DNA of 64,000 nt from Octopus vulgaris. Lineage: Eukaryota. Each line of letters starts with the position of its first letter. Positions within the stretch are counted from its first letter, which is position 1. Below, piece by piece: positions 53,793-64,000 of this stretch. A model generated the notes under the pieces. That model searched no databases and was not told the DNA's origin. It worked only from the letters and a program-made list of their open reading frames with translations. The DNA is taken from contig OX597825.1 of assembly GCA_951406725.2 (NCBI GenBank), positions 55,676,001-55,740,000 of the forward strand, read 5' to 3'. The position numbers and the translations under genes are program-made.

Positions 53793-55164
53793 ATGGACAT
53801 ATGTGTAATAACTCTGAACATAGGTCTTATCGATTTATAACCAGCCTTGGCTTAAAGAACAAATTGCTCTATCGTCCCTTATTTTCGCACAAGACTTGAA
53901 GAGTTGTTGTTGTTGTTGTTGTTGATGGTGGTGGTGGTGGTGATAGAGGTAATAAATCGCATTAGTGTTTGTGGTCGAGACATCATTGGGAGTTTTAGCA
54001 GCGTGGTTGATAAGAGCATTGGAGTTAGTACTGGAGGTGATGGTGGTGGTGGTAGTGGTGGTGATGGTAGCGTTGTTGGTACTGGTGCTGGTGTCGGTGA
54101 TAGTGTTGGTGTTATTTCCAATACTGGTGATGACGATTGCGGTTGTAGGTGGTGGTAGCAATGTGGTGATGATGGCGGTGCTGCTGCTGGTGATGGTGGT
54201 GGTAGCGTTAATGTAAGCGTTTGTAAAGATGAAGTACGGTCGGCATTAATGTTATGAAAGAGCAGCAACAGGTTTGTTTATTAGATATATACAGGGTGAA
54301 CGCACCTTTAATGGAAGGTCTTAAACGGGTGGACAACGTAAAAACCAAAATACATCCATATAATCCTATACAATAGGATTCACTCGAACGGTTATCGATT
54401 ACCATTACTACAATTATTATTATAACAATTATTATTATCAGTATTATTATTATTGTTGTTGTAGTTGTTGTTGTTGTTGCTGTTGTTGTTATTAGTATCA
54501 TTTTTTATTATTGTTGTTCATCCATTTTTATGATTGTTCTGGTTTTTTTTTCTTTTTTTGTCTTTTTTGTTCGGCATACTGATGTTCCTTCTGTTGGTAC
54601 CAATTATGGGAATGCACAGAATTCGCAAGTGCTGTATTGAAAGTGGAACTATTTTGGAAATGTTGGCATCAGAGATATCAATCTCGCTAGCCCTTCACTC
54701 CCTCCTCCTGAACCGCCCACCATCCCCATCTCTCCTCCTCATGCTCCTCATGATCCTCCTCCTCCCTCCGTATTCCTTTGAAATCGGTTTTAAATGTGTC
54801 CCGTTTACTTGTATTCTGCCAACAGATTCACAAAAGAAATCAAGAAAAAACATGAAACAATGCAAGAATATCAACATAAATCAAAACCGAAGCAAAACTC
54901 CCTCAACAACATACATAACATATAATGTATGCACACACACACGCACACACACACATATGTAGAAGAAGTAACAGAATGACTCAAGGTCCGAGGGTTTCGT
55001 GCGTGTGTTGGCACTTATGAAACTAGTCACAGATCGAAGGCTTGAGTTTATATAGTTGTTACTTCTGCTAAATATACATATACTCATATCTTGAGTTCTA
55101 CTTTTTCGTTTTTGCCGGAGTCAAATAACTAAAACAAGTAAAAACAATAGAAAGAAAAAAGAAT

Positions 55165-55242
<78 letters not shown>

Positions 55243-55323
55243 CAATAGAAACATAAAATCAGTGTGATAAGAACATCAGCAACATTATATGACATCGGTG
55301 AGAATACAAAAGCAGCCACAACT

Positions 55324-55426
<103 letters not shown>

Positions 55427-55508
55427 AAGTAGTAGTAGTGGTGGTGGTGGTGGTGGTGATGCAAGGAAAACACGATATATCAAGAAACGGTTAAAGGTAA
55501 TGTATGTC

Positions 55509-55553
<45 letters not shown>

Positions 55554-56199
55554 ATGTGTAAAGTTATACGTAATGCGTATGTTTATGTGTATATTATATA
55601 TATATAGGTGTAATATATGTATATTTGTTTATGCGCGTGTATATACTTATACTACATACACATATATGTATGTGTATGTATGAATGCTTCCTACACTTTT
55701 GACTAATTGGAAAGTGCTAATATCCTCGAATGGGGATATTTCTTCCTTTTTATATTTTTCTAACTTCTCCCTGTCCAATGACGGAATACCTAGTTTATGG
55801 AATCCTTTAAGGTATACTTTAAGGATTCCACATGCTTCGCTATTCTAGAAACAGCTGTTAAAGATTCTATCTGTTTATATTTTCTATCTAAATTAAATGA
55901 CAAAAAAATAAAGAGAAAATAGAAAGCTTCCGAAAATGCGGAAATTACCAGTTATGTAGGTTCCATTAAAGGTTTTATAAAACTTTTTGCATTGCTATAA
56001 GCTTACTATTTTAACTATTTTAACCTTCTTCGATATTATAACGCTTCAAGCGAACTACAACACTCTTAATTTAAATTGGGTTTTTTCTTGTAGTGATACC
56101 GAATATTTTTCCTTTTACATTTTTCATTCTAATTTGTGTATGCCTGAGTATAAATCAAATACCAGTGAAATACTAGAGTCAATCAGATCGACTGCACTC

Positions 56200-56308
56200 T
56201 GAAGGCAAAGTCGACCTCAGCAGCATTTGAACTCAGAACGTAGCAACGGGCGAAATGCCGCTAAGCATTTCGTCCAGTGTACTAACGATTCTGCCAACTC
56301 GCAGCCTT
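56200..56308 (-). mobile_element. Family-A SINE 5' half
   Basis: AAGGCAAAGTCGACCTC..TTTGAACTCAGAACGTAG..CTAACGATTCTGCCAACTCGC. Confidence 0.85.
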
Positions 56309-56447
56309 AAGAAAATGTCGAAGGCTGAACCGTAGAACTCGAACTCACTTTTTCTACAAGCATGTCAGGCGTTCTACTATTGTGCCAAAGCAATCCTTCT
56401 TTAATAATAATAATAATAATAATAATAACAACAACAACAACATCAAT

Positions 56448-56814
56448 GATTTCATTTATTTGCCACATGGGTGAAGGATGAGGGGGACAATACAGAGGCA
56501 GGCATAAAGTGTGGGGGTTTACATATAATACACTGGAAAAGAAGGGACATATGCATAGCATACAAAGGTAAACAAAAAGGTGGGAAGGATGATAGAGATG
56601 TGGCCTTCCTGATACAGGAACGCCTCAAGAGATAATCGAGGAACCCCACTGTCCGACATTTCCCTAAAACCCTAGGAGCAAGTGCCCTCTCCAATTCCTT
56701 CTCTCCGACTCACAGGTCTACACTTAGAGAGGTACCATCCACTCTTGCTATTTTTGCAACTTTCACCCATCTTTCAATAAGTTCACTCGAGGATAGCACT
56801 TCCCTCTCCACTCT
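56448..56814 (-). mobile_element. 3' end (ORF tail plus UTR) of a probable L1/Tx1-like LINE
   Basis: RVEREVLSSSELIERWVKVAKIARVDGTSLSVDL* (stop at 56710-56712). The UTR ends GGCAAATAAATGAAATC before a (GTT)(ATT)n tail. Family assignment is from memory only. Confidence 0.5.
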
Positions 56815-56829
56815 GTTTCCTTAATAATA

Positions 56830-57540
56830 ATAAATGTGCCTAATTTAAGACACAAGGCCAACAACCCACAGAGTAGAGGGACAGTCGGTACCATCGACGC
56901 CAATACTTGGCTGGTACAATACTTTACCCGGCTCGGATAGATGAAATCCAAAGTTGGTCCCGGCAAGTATTGATCTCTGAACGAAAAGGTCAGAAGTAAT
57001 TCTGCTTGGCATTTTGTTCGACGTTCTAACAATTATTCTAACCCACAAATGATAATCCTTTCTATGTCGGTACAAGGCCTGAAAGCTTGAGGAAGGAGGT
57101 TAGTTGATTTCATCAACTCCAGTATTTAAATGGTATTTTATTTTATCGACCCCGGAAGGGTGAAAAGCAAAGTCGACTTCGGCGAAAGTTGAACTCAGAA
57201 AATAACGATACAGGAGAAATACTGCTAAACATTTTATCTGGCAATTGTGGTAGCCCGCTGCTTTCAAAAAAAAAAAAGAAAAAAAAAAGAAAAAAGCAAA
57301 GGCACAGCATGGGACATTTTAAGGAAGTCGATTTCGTTTAGACCGACCTTCCTGCTTTTGATCGATAGTTTTTACCAATTTTGGTACTGTAAAATTTGAA
57401 CTGACGCATTTGTGCTCAAATCCTGGAGAATTCAGTTTTTCCTTTCATCCTTTTGAGATCGATAAAAATAAAGTAGCAGTTAAATACCAATTGATGTTGA
57501 TGCCTCAAGAATTGCTTGCATTGTGCCAAAATTTGAAACT
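56830..57540. mobile_element. Cluster of old family-A SINEs (56830-57045 and 57055-57260 minus; 57420-57540 plus)
   Basis: Family-A body and tail motifs (GGCCTTGTG, ATCGACCCC, AAAGTCGAC, CTTTCATCCTTT). Confidence 0.75.
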
Positions 57541-57579
57541 TTTGCTGCTACAATAGCAACAGCTACAACAACAACAACA

Positions 57580-57672
<93 letters not shown>

Positions 57673-58329
57673 CCTACTAGTTGTAGTGGTGGTGGTGGTG
57701 GTGGTCATGGTGTTTGCGTTGATGATAATGATGATGTTCCTTTGGCACAAGGCCACAAGCCATTAAACTCCAAGCCAGCCAATGCAGGGAAAGAAGTCAC
57801 GTTATGTTCCATCGTATTATCTGTCCCCTACCTCCATTACAGAGCTGTGTTGTGTTGTATTCTACAAGTCGTTAACTAATCTACAGGCTCCAGTAACACA
57901 GGGATTCTTTAAATAACATGATCAGCAAACCGAACGAGAGGGTCATACGATCTAATTGTTAATTAGGCGCCGTGCGGTTTCAGATTGTTTAGATAACAGT
58001 ATTCACATCTGTTATTTTCGTTAGAATCATTTCCTGTTCGCCGTAACAGCAGTAGCAGCATTTACTGTGGCAGCGTGTTGCGAATAGCGAATGTCCTGCT
58101 TTGCTAAACAAACTCTTCGCATCGAATCGACATCCATGACCTGCAACCCATGACCTGCAACCCGTGACCTGTGACCCGTGACACATGACTTGTATCTCGT
58201 GATAAAAACTTCGTTCGTCAGCTGCTTTACCGCATCATTCCTGTTCATAGCAACACTGAGAAACTGATGAAAGCCACACATTTCTTGCTTTTTTATATTT
58301 ATTCTTTTCGTTGTTTTTTTTTTTACGTT

Positions 58330-58505
58330 GTTAACCCAAGGACGGACCTGATCGAGCAGACCTATGATGAAGACGCTCCAGCAGTAACCATCCTGTCTTT
58401 TTGTTTATCTGTAACTACTATAAGCCATGCTATAAAAAGGAGGTGAGTTTGTATTTGAGAGAGTTCTGCTTCCTAGTTTTGATATATCGAACGTCTTCAT
58501 ATAGG
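58330..58505 (-). mobile_element. Old dispersed repeat family E
   Basis: GATCGAGCAGACCTATGATGAAGACGCTCCAGCAGTAACCATCC is the reverse complement of the family-E tail. Confidence 0.5.
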
Positions 58506-59689
58506 CACTGGTCGATAATGTTTACAACACTGGAGCCGCTTCTATTTTATATTTGAATTTATACTTACGTATCCATTGTCCGGACATACTAACACATAGT
58601 TTTCACACTATATGAATTAAAGCCGTGGATTGTTGGTTCTATTCGCCTCCGATTCGGTTCGGGAACGTGATGTTAATAAGCCACAGAAATGGCGAAACAT
58701 CACTCCTGAATGCGATTTGGGGTGAGTTGTCTCGCCTGTCCATAACTTCCACGCGTTTTAACAACCGGCGCTTTGAGAGAGTAATCTCCACCGAGCCAAA
58801 TCACAGCCTACTGGCAAATACACAGTCCATGTTGGTTAAGTGTGTACGGTCGATAATGCTAGTGTTGAGAGTTTGATTGCTAGTTATGGCTATTTCACTT
58901 AAATGAGATAAGTGGGAAAGGCATGAACATTATAATAACTTAACCTTCTATCTTACCGAAATGCACACAATTGTTCATCCGTTGAAGGATGTCTCTGATC
59001 ATGGGTGCCCGAGCAATTAACTCACTGCCGTAGTTGAAACCGTAACAAAGCTCTTGACAAACATGTGTCCCAGATTCGTTTTTCATTCGTAGCTAGTTCA
59101 CTTAATACCTTGATTATGTTTAGTGAAAAGTCATAAGTCTTACAAACTCTAATTCTCAGGTATCAAACCAATAACTCATTTATATGCTCAACACATTAGG
59201 AAAAATGACCACAATTCAAGTAAGTGAATAATTAATAATTAATGATTTAATGATCATCTTTTCCTTCGTTAGGTGCGTCTAGAAAAGTGTGAATCGAAAC
59301 AATAGTAAATCGGGCGTGTTGCAAACATACAAATTGCTGAAAGGGAGATGATGTTCTCTGATGACGAAAGACAACAGTGATCAAATATTCACGTTCAAAT
59401 CTGCTAGAACGTTATAAGAATAAATAGATTTCGCAAAACTGTTTGCGTTTTTCCTTTTAGCTTGGATATAGAAGTAATTATTATTGCTTAATGTAACCAT
59501 AGTGTGGAAAGAGGAATAAAATTGAAGTTTATGAATCCTGAATAAATTCATATACTTATCTAATAACCGAGTATCATAGAGTTTAAGTACAGGGTTTTGT
59601 AACTCAACGAGGCAAAGCGTATGTCAGCATATAGTCACGTAACCCTACATGCTAAGTTAGACTCCACTCGATGTAGAAATCATTATATT

Positions 59690-59975
59690 AGAGACAGCAC
59701 GTCGGACAGAATGTTTAGCGCCATTTCTTCCGGCTTTACGATCTGACTTCAACCTCTTCCGAATCGGCTTTGCCTTTCATCCATTTGGGGTCAGTGAAAT
59801 AAATACCAGTCGATATAAGCGACTAACCTCTCCTCGCAAAAGTTCAGGTGTTGGTGCCTATAGCAGAAAGGTTTATACTAAGGACAGCAGAATCAGTGAA
59901 GTGACAGACTATTGAGATAGTTTTACAGTTTTTACATTGCGTGTTCAAATCACGGTGGAGGTTGATTTTGCTTGT
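59690..59975 (+). mobile_element. Family-A SINE plus a second fragment
   Basis: AGCACGTCGGACAGAATG..GCTTTGCCTTTCATCCATTTGGGGTC..AATACCAGT. Confidence 0.75.
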
Positions 59976-60367
59976 GGCTGACGGTGAGGGGGGGGGGGCG
60001 AAGAAGAACTAAACGTGGCAAAATGAGACAGAAATATTAAGACAAAGACAGGACAAGGAAAAGCAGAGAGAATAGAAACGCGGACAAAGCAATAAATGAG
60101 AAACATCTGCTATGGAGTGTTGGTGAGCGAGGTACTACCATATGTGATTACAAATCTAAATTTTTCTTTACAGCTGATTGTCTAATTGGTTATATAAGTG
60201 AAGACAATGTTTAACGCCAGTATTGTTGTTATTCGTAACCACGTAGCGATGTCTATTTTATAGAATATTAAATATCTATAGATATGTAATTACTGAACGT
60301 GGTATGCTTCAGACTGCAAACCATTGTACCAATGAAATAAAACAACGCTATAAGAAATTTATTACCA

Positions 60368-60420
<53 letters not shown>

Positions 60421-60528
60421 TATCATCGTTATTATAACTAGTGGTGTTTTGTACTTGTTGTTGTTGTTGCAACAGTCTCGAGTATAATTGTTTTCATAAC
60501 TTTGTATGTGTTTCCTTCGCACTCTAAT

Positions 60529-60584
<56 letters not shown>

Positions 60585-61105
60585 ATGTTTGTATATGTAT
60601 GTATATATACATACATATACGTATGTATTTATATATATGTAGCCACACACATCTATATATAATGATTCGTAGTCGTCTTCGTGAGACAAAGTAGTAATGT
60701 TAAATGTTGCATTCATAATAATTATTGATTTCCCCAACAATAGAAAAACAATAATACATATCTATATACATGCATACTTTACATATATATATATATATAT
60801 ATAAATATATATCTAATTGTATAGTTTTATACGTATATAAATATGTGTATGTAACTACTCATATACATAAGTACATATATGATTAGTGTGACGGTGTGCC
60901 TCTGTGTGCGTGTGTGTGTTGTGTGTGTGTGTGTGTATGTGATTATTCTTTCATAAAATATAATCAAACTCAATCACATTTGTTATAAAAGAACAATTGT
61001 TAAAGCAATTTATTCATATCTAAGAGAGAAGAGTCTTGTCAGCATTTGAGATATCAGCAGGTACCAAAGTCGAAATACGCGCGTACATACAAACACACAC
61101 ACACA

Positions 61106-61168
<63 letters not shown>

Positions 61169-61209
61169 GTAAGTACGTATTTACATATGTGCATCCACAC
61201 ACATCTATA

Positions 61210-61571
61210 GGTGCAGGAGTGGCTGCGTGGTAAGTAGCTTGCTCACCAACCACATGGTTCCAAGTTCAGTCCGACTGCTTGGCACCTTGGGCAGGTATCT
61301 TCTACTATAGCCTCGGGCCGACCAAAGCATTGTTAGTGGATTTGGTAGACGGAAACTGAAAGAAGCCCGTCGTATATATATATACATATATGTTTGCGTT
61401 TCTGTGTTTCCCCAACCATCACTTGTCAACCGATGTTGGTGTGTTTACGTCCCCATAAACTAGCGGTTCGGCAAAAGAGACCGATAGAATAACAAGTCCT
61501 GTGGTCGATTTCTTCGACTAAATACGGTGCTCCAGCCTGGCCGCAGTCAAATAACTGAAACAAATAAAAGG
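61210..61571 (+). mobile_element. Full-length family-B SINE with a short internal (TA)n
   Basis: GGTGCAGGAGTGGCTGCGTGGTAAG head, CCTTGGGCAGGT CORE-like motif, and 3' GGTGCTCCAGC..GGCCGCAGTCAAAT..GAAACAAATAAAAG. Confidence 0.9.
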
Positions 61572-61884
61572 ATATATATATATATGTTAATTCACTTGGT
61601 GTATACATAGAAATATTTATATCTACATTATATGTACACACACACATATATATATAGATATGTACATACACACATACATATTTACATGTATGTATGTGTG
61701 AATGTGCGTGAACGTTAGCAGCAATAGAGTGCTGCATATTCTGGTTTCCGGTACATCTTATCAAATGAGTTTAGAAAGTTCCACGTTGTACGAGAACACT
61801 ACTTTGACGCGGGGTTAACACCTCCTTCTCCCTATCTATCAATGATACTTATTTACGGTCCAGTGGATTTAAGTAATGGGAAAT

Positions 61885-61972
61885 TAATTGCCTTGCACAA
61901 GTAAACAATGAATTGTCTGGTCCGAGAACTGAACCCACGTCTTACATTGTGGAACCCAGTACCTAAACCACT
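61885..61972 (-). mobile_element. Old family-C-like SINE head fragment
   Basis: The reverse complement AGTGGTTTAGG..GGGTTCAGTTCTCGGACCAGAC..TTGTTTACTTGTGCAAGGCA resembles 6030-6120. Confidence 0.5.
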
Positions 61973-61973
61973 A

Positions 61974-62059
<86 letters not shown>

Positions 62060-63179
62060 CCTACCTACCTACCTACCTATATATATATATTTATATATAT
62101 ATATTCATATATATAGGTAGATAGATAGATAGGTAGAAAGGTTGATAGATAAATAGATAGAGAGATGGAGAGAGAGAGAATGGAAAACAACAATAAGATA
62201 CGATACGTTTGCAATGAAAGCTATAAGTTTGACGCTCAAAGAAATACAGAGTAAATTATGACGTTTCAGATATTTGTACTTCTTCACAATATCGTGTATG
62301 ACATTTGATCTTGTTTAGACTCGAACTTACAATACACTGGGCCAGAAGCCAAAGAACTTACTATCGTGGCTATCTTGAGGCGACGTTTATATTTTGCTAT
62401 TAATTTCGACAGGAAGCTTTCGTCTTTATGTCTTAAAATATAAAACTAAAATTAAAGCTCACACATAGCACTGGTAAACTCTGTAAAATAAAACAGTAAC
62501 GTCAACAGTAAGAAGAAAAATTGCGTCAACAACAGCTAGCTACAATAACAACGACAACAATAACAACAACACTAGACACTACAGCAAGAATAGCTACAAC
62601 AAGAATAAACGATATTAAAGTGTAAATACACGAAAATAAGACATACACAAAATGTCCACTTCATCTTCTGCTAATGCGAACATTTCCTTCATTCCATGAG
62701 ACAGATCGATCTAGAAATCTTTTAATATTTTCCATTATAAATTTTATGTAAGAAACGGGACAAAGACTGTTTGCAAAGATATGGCAGTGCTACCAATGAA
62801 TTACTAAGTTCATGTCCAAGATTGGTTCTTCAAATGACGCAATTTAGATCAAGTGCTGATTTATTTTGCTTTCAAATTCGGAAATTTAAAAGCATTAAAA
62901 TTTACTAAACCGTATCGCAATGAATTTGCGGGTGGTTTATTTTTTTTTAACTATGTATTTATTATATTTTATTACAAGCATGTTTTACTATCTGTTGCTT
63001 ATGTTTTCTGGTTTTGCTTTTGTTTTCTGGTTTTGCTTTTGTTTCTGTAAACCATTTGGGGGTGTTTTGTTGATTTGTTTTACGTTTTGATTATTTCCTT
63101 ATATGTTTTTGCCTTATATTTATTCTTTGTAAACTTACGAGAATATTAAGTCGGTCTCTGTTGTTTGTGGCTGTATATA

Positions 63180-63230
<51 letters not shown>

Positions 63231-63422
63231 TCACGCATATGCTACCGATACGTGAACATATAAAGACAGACACACATACAAGCGCGTACAGTTATATACT
63301 AACATATAAATATTTGTGTGTATGTATCTGTGTGGAAACTAAGTCAAATATATGCTATTCTAGGTAAATATTTTCTCCCATATATCGAAACACACATACA
63401 AATATGCGTGTGTGAGTGTGTG

Positions 63423-63462
<40 letters not shown>

Positions 63463-63884
63463 CATACACTTGCACATTCCACTATGTACACCTTATACAC
63501 ACTCGCATACATTCAGACATGAATACATGTTCGCAATACTGATATACCTTTGTATCATTCATATTTTGTATAAATAATTGTAGTCATACCAACATAGAAC
63601 ATACAAACATACACACGTATTCATAAAGACTTAAATATAATTAAATACATGACGCTACGACTTTCTATAGAGGAATTTTATTGATATTTTGTCAACACTG
63701 TGTGTATAGACAGATGCATACAGTGTTTGCTTTATTCCACATCTTCGTGAACAGAAAAATAGATATCAACCGTGCCAGTTTCAATCCTTCCATTCGGATC
63801 TCATCAGTTATCGAGTATCCTTTTTAACAGTTTAAACATTGTCTGTCTACGTATATAATAATCATAGCAACCGTTATATATATA

Positions 63885-64000
63885 CGAGGGGAAGTCAAAA
63901 ATTATCCGCACTTTCACCATAAAATGTCTTTATTTTTGTAACACTGACTTCTGCTTATGCGTGCTTGTAGTTGGAACTATTCTGGTCACGTGATTGAAGT
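63885..64000. mobile_element. Probable terminus of a second mariner-type element running off the window
   Basis: TA-CGAGGGGAAGTCAAAAATTATCCG after (TA)n resembles the TIR start of the 45827 element. Confidence 0.55.

Noticed and set aside
54288-54370. TA-CAGGGTG Tc1-like terminus
   Set aside because: No matching second TIR or internal homology is visible.
58500-59100. Possible very old mariner transposase on the minus strand (THVCQELCYGFNYGS)
   Set aside because: The similarity is too faint, and no TIRs or catalytic motifs were found.

Overview
AT-rich, microsatellite-saturated animal genomic DNA. The SINE and LINE families match my recollection of octopus (coleoid cephalopod) repeats, so the taxon is an inference. 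No confidently identifiable protein-coding gene is present. Almost all ORFs in the supplied track are translations of (TA)n, (CA)n, (TACA)n, (TATC)n or triplet repeats. The window contains: a 100-N gap with a near-identical copy of bases 1-663 at 6666-7332; a codon-phased minisatellite that reads as TPxK repeats (1355-2595); more than 25 tRNA-derived SINE copies from three families; at least five decayed restriction-like-endonuclease (R4/Dong-type) LINE pieces beside microsatellites; decayed L1/Tx1-like and RTE-like LINE pieces; an internally deleted mariner; hAT and Tc1-like MITEs; several minimal hammerhead-ribozyme-like motifs of the kind known from Penelope-like elements; a few perfect hairpins, one pre-miRNA-like; and two weak phase-0 exon candidates. 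All alignments and translations were done by eye, and no database searches were run.
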